Source: Candidatus Saccharimonadota bacterium (GTDB taxonomy: Bacteria; Patescibacteriota; Microgenomatia; UBA1406; GWC2-37-13). Taken from it: DNA of 32,000 bases. The DNA is taken from contig MGBH01000001.1 in the NCBI GenBank assembly GCA_001790095.1, forward strand, positions 690,001-722,000. Reading direction: 5' to 3'. The position numbers and the translations under genes were made by a program. This document shows, one piece after another, positions 23,631-32,000 of this stretch. The notes under the pieces were generated by a model that ran no database searches, was not told the DNA's origin, and worked only from the letters and a program-made list of their open reading frames with translations. Every line of letters starts with the position of its first letter. Position 1 is the stretch's first letter.

Positions 23631-23652
23631 ACCATATGTATTATGCTATAAT
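23625..23652 (+). promoter_or_regulatory. Promoter candidate (TTGCAA-16-TATAAT with TG extension) for the 663-aa orphan gene
   Basis: TTGCAA lies at 23625-23630, followed by a 16-nt spacer and TGCTATAAT at 23644-23652. The ATG is at 23684. Confidence 0.5.
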
Positions 23653-23683
23653 ATTGTACTATAAGATAAATTGTCTATATTAT

Positions 23684-25675
23684 ATGGCATCACTTGAAGC
23701 AAGAGTCGCACAACTTACCGAGTTTAACTCCGAAAAAAGAGGAAGAGCAATACATACAATTGTTGAATCATGTATTACTGATGTATCTCACCTCAACGAA
23801 GCGCTTGGCATATTACCAAGCCTGCAAGGACCATATGTTGATAAAGTAACAGAAAGTCTTCGAAGAAAAACACACAAGGGCTTTAAAGAAGGTTCTTCAC
23901 CTCCTACAGTACAAGACATGGGGCTTATCATCGATTCGCTTAATGGACCACACGAACAAGTAATGCTTGATGCTTTAGGAGGATTGTTTGAAAGACCCCA
24001 ACAGCATTTTAATATACGCAAACCTACTCAGGATGCTTTCAAAAAAGCATACCCTATAGCAGTGCAGGTTTTTTCTTCTTTTGCTGAGGCAGTTGCAAAA
24101 TGTGAGGATCCTGAAAAAAAGGAAAAAATTCTTTCTATTTATCGAGATGCGGTTGTTCCAAGTAGAGATAGTAACGCTTTTTTTTCTTTTCAAATATTGA
24201 ACTATGGAATACCAGATATGCCGTATAACCTAGTTGAGAGAGCCTATGCAACAAAAGTGCTCTTAGACGCTGAAGAGATTCGTACGATCGGAGATATAAG
24301 CAAATTCTCCTTCACTCAAGATCAATTAGATACAATTGAACGTATCGAAAAAGCAGGTATTACTCATGGGAAATTTGAAACATCTCTTGCATACAAAGTT
24401 GCTTATCTTATCCATGAAGTATTAGATCCGTTAATTAAAGGAGACGAGAAACTTACTATTTTCTGTGCTGAACCAGAAGATGATCGATTTTGTGACTTTG
24501 CACTTGAACGGCGTACTAAACAAATGGCGATCTGGTTATCTAATAAATCTAAAGATGGAAAACAATTGAGGGGAGAAATTGTCCTCTTACCTGGAAAATT
24601 AAGAGCATTTACCGGGTACAGAAACGATGTGCATATCTCAGAAGTACGATCACTTCAAGCAGATCTTATGAAACAAAGAATAATAAATATGCGTTCTGAG
24701 GAAAAACCGCATAACCCCATTACTATGTCGGAGTTCAATACTGTTACTGATTATCTCTTACCTCCAATTGAAAATGTTGAGCAGTTAATAGATATTGAAA
24801 CTACGCAACAGATGAAAGAAAGAGCTCAGTGCGGCCTCTATTCACTCAGCCAAAGAGGTGCTCATATATCGTTTGATCATTCATCTGAACAGTTCCTCCA
24901 TGATGCCGGACTTGATCATCTTGTACTCAAACAGCTTACGCTTGGCCGCGCTCATAAAGCGTATGGGAAAAAGGTTGCCATACCTGAAGGTCGTGCTGAT
25001 GATTATTGTTATATTGCAGAATTTACTGTGCTTGGACAAAAAATGGCAGCAGTAATTGATGCTGATTTTAATTTTATTCCTCCTACTGGGCTCGGTTCTC
25101 ACGCTACTTCTTGGCTTGAACGAATATCTTTTGCCTATTTAGCTGATCTTCGCAATCTTGATGAATCTCAAGCAACTGAAGAAAATAGAAAAACATCATC
25201 TAGCGGTGAGATAAAATTCCTCGGAAGAACTGCATCGCTTCATGTACTACCCCTTGATGCACGGCCAACTATAGACGCGCAAACTGAAAGAGAGATCCGA
25301 AGACGATTTACTCATATCGGACATAAAGAGTTAAATAGACTTTTTACCTTAGTTCAAATTAATCGGGATTTCCTCGACACTATCCCCGAAAAATCAATAA
25401 GAGATCTTCTCAGTAAGCTACTGCAAAGAGTTCATAAAAAGGTTGTTGAAGGAAGACCTATGAAAAGCACGTGGACTGCAGGTGAAGAGGATACGTATGG
25501 GACAAGAATACCAAGCACCCATTTACAAGTTAATAATCCTCCTCATCCTGATACTTATTCACCACTATACAACTATTTTCAGATAGCCTATGTACCCGAA
25601 TCAGAAGCTGATCCAAATGCCCCCCCTATCCCATTTAATTGTCCCCATGCAGCAGCTAACATACTCCCAACATAA
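23684..25675 (+). CDS. Hypothetical protein (663 aa), no recognisable domain
   Basis: This is a long uninterrupted ORF. I took the start at MASLEARV (23684), downstream of the promoter. The listed ATG at 23636 lies inside the promoter. No catalytic or repeat motif is recognisable by eye, and there is no signal peptide or TM helix. Confidence 0.6.
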   Translation: MASLEARVAQLTEFNSEKRGRAIHTIVESCITDVSHLNEALGILPSLQGPYVDKVTESLRRKTHKGFKEGSSPPTVQDMGLIIDSLNGPHEQVMLDALGGLFERPQQHFNIRKPTQDAFKKAYPIAVQVFSSFAEAVAKCEDPEKKEKILSIYRDAVVPSRDSNAFFSFQILNYGIPDMPYNLVERAYATKVLLDAEEIRTIGDISKFSFTQDQLDTIERIEKAGITHGKFETSLAYKVAYLIHEVLDPLIKGDEKLTIFCAEPEDDRFCDFALERRTKQMAIWLSNKSKDGKQLRGEIVLLPGKLRAFTGYRNDVHISEVRSLQADLMKQRIINMRSEEKPHNPITMSEFNTVTDYLLPPIENVEQLIDIETTQQMKERAQCGLYSLSQRGAHISFDHSSEQFLHDAGLDHLVLKQLTLGRAHKAYGKKVAIPEGRADDYCYIAEFTVLGQKMAAVIDADFNFIPPTGLGSHATSWLERISFAYLADLRNLDESQATEENRKTSSSGEIKFLGRTASLHVLPLDARPTIDAQTEREIRRRFTHIGHKELNRLFTLVQINRDFLDTIPEKSIRDLLSKLLQRVHKKVVEGRPMKSTWTAGEEDTYGTRIPSTHLQVNNPPHPDTYSPLYNYFQIAYVPESEADPNAPPIPFNCPHAAANILPT

Positions 25676-25712
25676 GATATACAAGATATATAAAGTAAGT
25701 TACAATAACTAA

Positions 25713-26258
25713 ATGATGTTTTTTTTTCTAGCCCTATTCATTATAATTCTTTGCATCATAGCTCTCTTCTCCTTCCCTCAATTCTCCCCTATCCCTTATT
25801 TTCCGTCCAATATGAAGGATAAAGAGATTATACTAGCGGGCCTCAATATAAAAAACGATCAAACTATTTTCGATCTTGGCGCAGGAGATGGAGTAGTCAT
25901 ATTTGAGGCAGCATATGAAGCCCTAAAACATAGATTAAACACTCGATTTGTTGCTCTTGAGATAAATCCTATACTTATTACTTTAATGTATATAAAATGG
26001 CTACTTCACCCAAATAGAAAGAATGTAAAGATCGTGTGGGGCGACATGTTCAAGATAAAGTTCAAATCTCAAATGTCAAATGTCAAACGTATCACGTTTT
26101 ATTTGTATATCTCTCCATGGTTGATTGAAAAGGTCATCACAAGAATCAAAAAACAAATTCCTCATGCTCAGTATGTATCTTACTATTATCCAATCAAATC
26201 TTTGAAAAAAAAGGAGGTAATTAGGGAAGGAGTGCACACATTATATCTATATGAATAA
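25713..26258 (+). CDS. Small class I SAM-dependent methyltransferase with N-terminal TM helix
   Basis: The hydrophobic N-terminus (MMFFFLALFIIILCIIALF) is followed by the SAM motif I IFDLGAGDGVVIFEAA and then VALEINP. TACAAT at 25701-25706 lies 6 nt before the ATG. Confidence 0.65.
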   Translation: MMFFFLALFIIILCIIALFSFPQFSPIPYFPSNMKDKEIILAGLNIKNDQTIFDLGAGDGVVIFEAAYEALKHRLNTRFVALEINPILITLMYIKWLLHPNRKNVKIVWGDMFKIKFKSQMSNVKRITFYLYISPWLIEKVITRIKKQIPHAQYVSYYYPIKSLKKKEVIREGVHTLYLYE

Positions 26259-26325
26259 GGTCTTTATCTTATCTATAAAACTCTAACCAGTGTTGGATTT
26301 GGAGCATGATTACAGTTAATCTTTT

Positions 26326-29300
26326 TTACTTTGGTGAAGGAGCAGGAGTAAGAGTTGGCGCCAAAGAAGAACATCCATCTTCTAGAGAAATATTCAGATT
26401 TCCAGGAAGACATCTATTAGAACAGGAATAATAGCTACAATCCGCTTTATTGCATGCATTAAGATCATAATTATGGATATAGCAAGGATATGCGGTAGGA
26501 AGTGGAACTAATGTCGGACAACCTAAAGTCGCACATCCATCCACTACAATCTTGAAATTAGCCGTTCCTTTTCCTGAAAATATACATCTATCTCCTCCTG
26601 TCCATTCTCCTGAACAAAAAACCACACTTACGGTATATGGAAGAGCAATCGAAGTATCATATAACTCATACGGTCTTATACGATAAGTCTTATTTGCTTC
26701 TAACTTAATTACTTTTGATCCAATACTGTCCGGAATAACAAATCTATAAGGAATATCCTTTTCGGGGTTTTCTGCTACTTTGATTGAGACAACTTTATTC
26801 CATATATTATTGCTAATAGGTATGCTCTGATTCTCTTTTTCTTCTAAATCAACCATAAGACTATCAGGACGCGCTCCTTGAAGATATGAAGAGACTATTG
26901 TACCCTCAAACAGAATATTTTGCGCTGGTTTGATTGGACAAGGATCGGGTTGATAAGTGTTTGCATCTTTATTAGACATGCACATACTACATCCACCATA
27001 CCAACTACATCCATATCCTCTCTTTTGGCTAGCTACGCAACCCTCAAAATTATCATTAAACTGGGAACAGTAATTTGGACAGACCTCAGAAAGCAACAAA
27101 TTAGAAGTTCCACACTTTTTGCATGCCTTATAATAAGAAAGACCATTACTTTTACAGGACTCTTCATTTTCTACTTCTTTTAAAGGTAGTTTATATGGCT
27201 TCACAGGATTATGGTAATTGAATGGCTTTTTATAGATATACAGACTTCCACGATTTAGTTCCGCGATATAGAGGTTGTCTTTTGCATCAAATTCCATAGT
27301 AAATGCCTGCGCATAATAATCTCTTATCTTACTATCGGGTGTAAACTCTGTTTTCGTAAGAATATTGTTAAAAACAGAGGGAAAACGATTAGTACTTGCT
27401 GCAAATGGATAATGTCCAACTACCATAACATTTTGTGAATTAAATGCTGGTTTCCAAGATTCAGCTTGAGGAAAAACTTTATATGCATCGTCGGCCATTA
27501 AAACAAGTAAATTACTATCTGGTTGAAGTTCTTCATATTTATATATAAGAAAGCGTCTACTCCCTGCATTTTCAACCATCATGTCAGAAATATAAAGATT
27601 CCCCCATTTATCTTCATTCAGATTGCCAGGATAACAAAGCGATTTTGGATAGTTTTTATGTTCATCGCATTTCAATTCCCATCCAGGAGTACGATCTGGA
27701 ATATCTTTACCTCCAATTACTGCATCTATAGTATAGGAAGAATAGGATTTACCTGGTATGCGTATACGTATAACTCGATCGTTCCAAGGTAAGGCAACCC
27801 ACATATATGCATTTTCTTCATCCACATATATATCAGAAGGCGCCATTATTTTACTATCTGGGAACTTACTCTTCCCAAGCATATTAAGTTGATTAAGAAA
27901 AATGGTTTCCTCAGGTTTTTGATCTTGATATACAGGAAGACTATATTTTTGTATTGTATTCAACGAAGGATTGTTTATATCTATAGTAAGTGCCCAAAGA
28001 TATTTTGTTCCTTTTGCAATCCGATAATAACTTTTTGCTGAAAACAATTTTCCCTCATCATTACCAAAATAACCATCAATTGCCTCCCCATTTTGAACTT
28101 GATTTATCTCTGTTTTATTCCAAAAAGATAACCTATGAGCATCTGCTACTATGATCTGTTTGTCAGTAATAGTAATACCTCTCAATGAATGAAAGCCTTT
28201 GTTGGAAATAAAGTTGTGCGCATCATATCCATTTTTTTCCGCTTCTGGATCATCAAATAAAGAAGTAAGCTGTTCTGTTTTGTCGTAATAAGATACAGAC
28301 TGCCAGCTGTCAGAGTTAGAAAATATAAATGATCCATCACTAAAAACACCAATTGAACCGAAACTATCATTTGAAGGATATTGTTTTGATAAAGTAATAG
28401 AGGGTTGATTTGCTTTTATAAAATTATAGTTATATGAATTAATATGTTTTTCTACTGAAACAAGGATCTTTTTTTTATCTTCAAGCAATTGCACTGCATG
28501 AGGAAAAGCTAACTTATCAAGCAAAATAACACCATCCATTCCATTCTTTTGAGGAAAGGAAAATAAAAGTATCCTCTTATTCCAAAAGTCAGAAACATAT
28601 ATGTTGCCAGAAGAATCAGACGTAACCATGTTTGGAGCATTAAATTTATTTATCTGTGTACCGCTTGATCTTGAAGAAAAATCAGACTGCCCCAGCACTA
28701 TGTCTGCTTTTTTTGCAATTTGTTTTGTTTGAGGATTATAAAGAAAACGTAACACTCGATTATTCCCTATATCGGCTACCCAAAGATTTCCATATTTATC
28801 AATATCAACAGCGGGTTTTGCATAGGTTGCATGTACAAAACAAAGTGATGAATTATCAATTGGCTTATCACTAATCCCCTTGTTACACTCATTCATTGTA
28901 AAATTATCTTGACCCCAGACTTCATCTGCAACTATGTCTGAGCTAAAAGGATCAGTATACTTTAAAATCCTATGATTAAATGGATCGGGTAAATAAAGAT
29001 TTCCGTTTTGGTCAGCATCCATACCTGCAGCCGATCCCCCTTCAAAATAGCTAGGCTCATCTTCTCTCATGGTACATAAAGTTGAGGCTGAGGCTGGAGC
29101 TTTCTTAGGATAATTCATATATGAACCATCCATATTACACGCTGCATAATCTGTATATGAAGGTTGACCAATTACAATATCAGGCAATCTACCATTTTTC
29201 TTTCCAATTGATATTTGACACTGCCTTCCACCTTCACAATCACTATCTGTTGAGCACTGATTTGTAAAAGAACTCCCCACACATACTCCAATACTCTTAT

Positions 29301-29661
29301 AGCCTAATACTCTACTATTCATTCCATCAAATAAATATAATCTATTGTTTTTATCCACAAAGACCCCAGCAGGACCAGAAACCTTATAGGGAACTATCTC
29401 TTTAGGTATTACTTCTTCAAATCTCTTTTTTCCTAAAATAATATCTGCAATCATATCTGAAGGGCCATTTCTCATAGATGAAGAAAATAAACCAAGATCT
29501 TTTTGTTCTGAAGCCTTAGCCTTATATCCTATTTTATTTTTTTGTTCACTTATCTTACTTATACCAATCACTGTAGTGATGGCCACTATGCAAATGATAT
29601 ATACAAGGATTTGTTTTTTTGAAAAACAGAGTGTACTTCTTATTGGGTTTTTCTCTATCAT
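26326..29661 (-). CDS. Large secreted/surface NHL-repeat protein with Cys-rich C-terminal modules
   Basis: An N-terminal signal-anchor is present. There are at least six NHL-type blades, for example NRLYLFDGMNSRVLGY, GNLYLPDPFNHRILKY, GNLWVADIGNNRVLRF, GNIYVSDFWNKRILLF, MWVALPWNDRVIRI and DNLYIAELNRGSLYIY. The C-terminus has Cys-rich segments and a TLTPAPSPK tail. Confidence 0.75.
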   Translation of the reverse strand: MIEKNPIRSTLCFSKKQILVYIICIVAITTVIGISKISEQKNKIGYKAKASEQKDLGLFSSSMRNGPSDMIADIILGKKRFEEVIPKEIVPYKVSGPAGVFVDKNNRLYLFDGMNSRVLGYKSIGVCVGSSFTNQCSTDSDCEGGRQCQISIGKKNGRLPDIVIGQPSYTDYAACNMDGSYMNYPKKAPASASTLCTMREDEPSYFEGGSAAGMDADQNGNLYLPDPFNHRILKYTDPFSSDIVADEVWGQDNFTMNECNKGISDKPIDNSSLCFVHATYAKPAVDIDKYGNLWVADIGNNRVLRFLYNPQTKQIAKKADIVLGQSDFSSRSSGTQINKFNAPNMVTSDSSGNIYVSDFWNKRILLFSFPQKNGMDGVILLDKLAFPHAVQLLEDKKKILVSVEKHINSYNYNFIKANQPSITLSKQYPSNDSFGSIGVFSDGSFIFSNSDSWQSVSYYDKTEQLTSLFDDPEAEKNGYDAHNFISNKGFHSLRGITITDKQIIVADAHRLSFWNKTEINQVQNGEAIDGYFGNDEGKLFSAKSYYRIAKGTKYLWALTIDINNPSLNTIQKYSLPVYQDQKPEETIFLNQLNMLGKSKFPDSKIMAPSDIYVDEENAYMWVALPWNDRVIRIRIPGKSYSSYTIDAVIGGKDIPDRTPGWELKCDEHKNYPKSLCYPGNLNEDKWGNLYISDMMVENAGSRRFLIYKYEELQPDSNLLVLMADDAYKVFPQAESWKPAFNSQNVMVVGHYPFAASTNRFPSVFNNILTKTEFTPDSKIRDYYAQAFTMEFDAKDNLYIAELNRGSLYIYKKPFNYHNPVKPYKLPLKEVENEESCKSNGLSYYKACKKCGTSNLLLSEVCPNYCSQFNDNFEGCVASQKRGYGCSWYGGCSMCMSNKDANTYQPDPCPIKPAQNILFEGTIVSSYLQGARPDSLMVDLEEKENQSIPISNNIWNKVVSIKVAENPEKDIPYRFVIPDSIGSKVIKLEANKTYRIRPYELYDTSIALPYTVSVVFCSGEWTGGDRCIFSGKGTANFKIVVDGCATLGCPTLVPLPTAYPCYIHNYDLNACNKADCSYYSCSNRCLPGNLNISLEDGCSSLAPTLTPAPSPK

Positions 29662-29756
29662 ATACCTGTACCTCTCTAGTAACGAATTTATTATCTCTTG
29701 ATGTTTTATATCTAAATATTATATATTAAATTATTATACTAATTTATTTTTAAGTA

Positions 29757-30620
29757 ATGTCTACCCAAACCAAACTTTGTCTTCCTAAATCTGCATTCAT
29801 GGGAGTTCTTATCATTAGTATGCTAGTTGGTATTGTATTAGTATACAGATACTTCTCCTCTTATACTCTTTCTGTTAAGTCCAGAGCTGAAGGTCCTTAT
29901 TGTTATATGGGTACTTCTGCACCTTCTGCATATCCCTCATTACAACAATGTAGAATCTGTACAACTACCGATCTTAGTAAATGCAATGCGGGAGAAGCGT
30001 GTGTTGTACAAACTGTCATCTATACCTCAACCAATAATACTCCTAACATGTATGTGTGTGAGATAAAGGATAGTGAACCAACTATTACCAATACTCCTAC
30101 ACCAAAACCGACGGTTATACTACCCTCACCTATTACTGCCCCTACCTCTTCTGTCTCGTTTAATACAGACGCAGGTGTACATTGCTATATTAAAGGAACA
30201 ATAAAATATAAAACAGATTCAACTGACCAACCTCTTCCAAGCACCCTTCGGATAGGAGTACGATTAAGAGAGATTAATCCCAGCACAAGAGAGCTTATTA
30301 GCAGTTTAAAAGGAGAGACAGACGTCTATGACCCTGTAAATAATCAATCTTATCACTTCTTTATTGACGGATTAAAAAGAGGTAAAACATATAATGTATA
30401 TGGATATATTGAAGATTATGGTAGCAATCAAGGCATCAATATTAAAAATGGATCAAACATTTTCCAGGTATTTGACTGTACAGGAGAAAAAAGCTATCGA
30501 TACAGTAATGGGGAGCCCATACAGAATTTTCCTGTCTGTGATCTAAAGCCAGTCTGTGACACCATGTCAAAGATAGATAATAATGTTAATTTCAGATTAA
30601 ATCCACAGGACTTTAAGTAG
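29757..30620 (+). CDS. Hypothetical membrane-anchored/secreted protein (Cys-rich segment, Thr/Pro linker, beta-sandwich-like C-domain)
   Basis: An N-terminal TM helix (GVLIISMLVGIVLVY) is followed by the Cys-rich block CYMG...CRIC...CNAGEAC...CE. A TP-rich linker (EPTITNTPTPKPTVILPSPITAPTSS) comes next. The C-terminal ~150 aa is beta-rich. Confidence 0.6.
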   Translation: MSTQTKLCLPKSAFMGVLIISMLVGIVLVYRYFSSYTLSVKSRAEGPYCYMGTSAPSAYPSLQQCRICTTTDLSKCNAGEACVVQTVIYTSTNNTPNMYVCEIKDSEPTITNTPTPKPTVILPSPITAPTSSVSFNTDAGVHCYIKGTIKYKTDSTDQPLPSTLRIGVRLREINPSTRELISSLKGETDVYDPVNNQSYHFFIDGLKRGKTYNVYGYIEDYGSNQGINIKNGSNIFQVFDCTGEKSYRYSNGEPIQNFPVCDLKPVCDTMSKIDNNVNFRLNPQDFK

Positions 30621-30636
30621 AATCTATAAAACAGGA

Positions 30637-32000
30637 TTATTCTTCAAACTTAATCCTTATTTCTATTGAGTTGTTAATCGTATCTTCCTCCCCCACTGTG
30701 ATCTGTAGCTTATTTATAGTATCATGAAATATCTCATTACCTTGCATACCGTAAGGTTCTTTTCCCATAGCACGAAGGACTACCATACTTTTTTGATCTT
30801 TCATTAAATAAATAAAAACCACTCTGTTTTTTTTGCTTTCAGTAAAGTACCCTTTTGATCTATATTCTAGATAATAAAACTCGTTTGTATCTTTTTTTCT
30901 TATCTTTATCATCCTTGGCTGTTCTGGTCCTATGAGAGTTACTGAATTGTTTGCATCCAGTAGTTTAAGCTTCTCTGTCTTTGTTACTTCGTATACCGAT
31001 GTCGATGTGGGTACCCATTTTAAAAAACGTTTATACATCCCATTCATAGAAGAATAAAGACCTGATCCTCCCATTATGTCATAAGGATTGCCATCTTCTT
31101 TGTATACACATGTTTTTTCATCAAAAGCAATCCTTTCTCCAGAACAATCAAGCGATCCTGAGTGTTCAAGTCCCAGATTATGCCCAATTTCATGTGAATA
31201 GTCTCCGGAAAAGTTGAAACCGTTTATCCATATTTTTTTCCCATTCATCTCACCCATTCCCTCCCACTTACAATAAAGATTTTTTGGGAATAGATATATC
31301 CTTCTTTGGTATTTTTTGTATGAATTAGAAAGCTTATCAACCTGGATATCTGCCTCTTTACTCCACTGACGAAAAGCACAATTACCCTCTGCGTCTACCA
31401 TATCAAAAGATAGTGTTATAGGAACCCATTCTGATGCAACTTCACCACTTAAAAATGCTTTGTTTGAGGACATAGTATAAATAAAATTACGGGTTGAATA
31501 TTTGTTTTCAAGCGAGAAAACCTCATTTTCTATCTGTTTTTTTGTATAAGGAGGAGTGTATACCGTATCACCACTACCGGGTGATTTAAAATAAAAAGGT
31601 ACCACAAGATAATCAAGAATAGTAGATGGTGTAAAGAAAGAAAGAGGATCATCAATCTGAGATAGTTCATGTGGTATATATATACGATCTCCCAAAATCA
31701 TTCCTTTTTGTATGTGTATTGTTGAGCCGGATGATATTGATTGATCAAAGTCTGTTATCATCTCGTATTCCTTCTCACTTTGAGAACCCGATAAAGATGT
31801 AAATAGTACCGTTATTTTTTTTGAAGACGTCTTACGCGATCGCCAACTATCCATCTGATACACCTTTATGATGCCTTCCAGATCTTGAACGTATTGTTCC
31901 AATAATCCTTTTTTTCTCAAAGACAAAACATAGTCTTGAGGCATCGCATTGATCTCATCCTCACTTAATAATTCAGGTTTGACGAATATGTTCTTTGGTT
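30637..32000 (-). CDS. Zinc metalloprotease, metzincin-type HEXXHXXGXXH (M11/M66-like); 5' end off-window
   Basis: HEIGHNLGLEHSG is an exact HEXXHXXGXXH zinc site. The reading frame stays open upstream of the listed ATG (31944) all the way to base 32000, so the true start probably lies beyond the window. Confidence 0.7.
   Translation of the reverse strand, partial: PKNIFVKPELLSEDEINAMPQDYVLSLRKKGLLEQYVQDLEGIIKVYQMDSWRSRKTSSKKITVLFTSLSGSQSEKEYEMITDFDQSISSGSTIHIQKGMILGDRIYIPHELSQIDDPLSFFTPSTILDYLVVPFYFKSPGSGDTVYTPPYTKKQIENEVFSLENKYSTRNFIYTMSSNKAFLSGEVASEWVPITLSFDMVDAEGNCAFRQWSKEADIQVDKLSNSYKKYQRRIYLFPKNLYCKWEGMGEMNGKKIWINGFNFSGDYSHEIGHNLGLEHSGSLDCSGERIAFDEKTCVYKEDGNPYDIMGGSGLYSSMNGMYKRFLKWVPTSTSVYEVTKTEKLKLLDANNSVTLIGPEQPRMIKIRKKDTNEFYYLEYRSKGYFTESKKNRVVFIYLMKDQKSMVVLRAMGKEPYGMQGNEIFHDTINKLQITVGEEDTINNSIEIRIKFEE

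Noticed and set aside
1-32000. CRISPR arrays, rRNA genes, transposases, integrases, toxin-antitoxin pairs and known defence-system signatures.
   Set aside because: I scanned the intergenic regions and ORF products by eye. I found no regularly spaced direct repeats, no rRNA-like sequence, no DDE, tyrosine or serine recombinase motifs, and no small adjacent gene pairs of TA type.

Overview
Low-GC, tightly packed bacterial chromosome segment. I count 26 convincing protein-coding genes (two run off the window edges), 3 tRNA genes and one decayed tRNA copy. The standard code applies, with TGA used as a stop. I saw no rRNA, CRISPR array, integrase or transposase.

Gene content, left to right:
- An envelope glycosylation block on both strands: YfhO-like protein, SAM methyltransferase, GT39/ArnT-like glycosyltransferase.
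- A CBS-domain protein with an HPF/RaiA-like tail, M17 leucyl aminopeptidase (pepA) and a C45 peptidase, all on the minus strand.
- A divergently transcribed triad of ATP-grasp ligases.
- A tRNA-Ile/tRNA-Val locus.
- A membrane-anchored Clp/Hsp100-like ATPase.
- A DNPH1-like::thymidylate kinase fusion and dcd.
- A minus-strand operon led by udk: HD/kinase fusion, histidine phosphatase, alpha/beta hydrolase, PlsC-like acyltransferase.
- Two orphan proteins, tRNA-Leu, DUF2207 and a small methyltransferase.
- A secreted-protein block: 1111-aa NHL-repeat protein, a Cys/Thr-Pro-rich protein, a metzincin protease.

The mix of salvage enzymes, surface proteins, many hypotheticals and very short leaders is what I would expect of a reduced-genome Patescibacteria/CPR-type organism. 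That placement is inference only.

Most interesting candidates:
1. The udk-led five-gene kinase/phosphatase/hydrolase/acyltransferase operon, which is compositionally patchy.
2. Its leader, which contains a 30-codon uORF that reads through a terminator-like hairpin plus U8 and stops on the udk ATG.
3. The translationally coupled ATP-grasp triad.
4. The DNPH1-like::Tmk fusion.
5. A conserved ~35-nt double-hairpin trailer directly after the two tRNAs that lack an encoded CCA.

All functional calls rest on motif recognition by eye. None has been checked by a database search.
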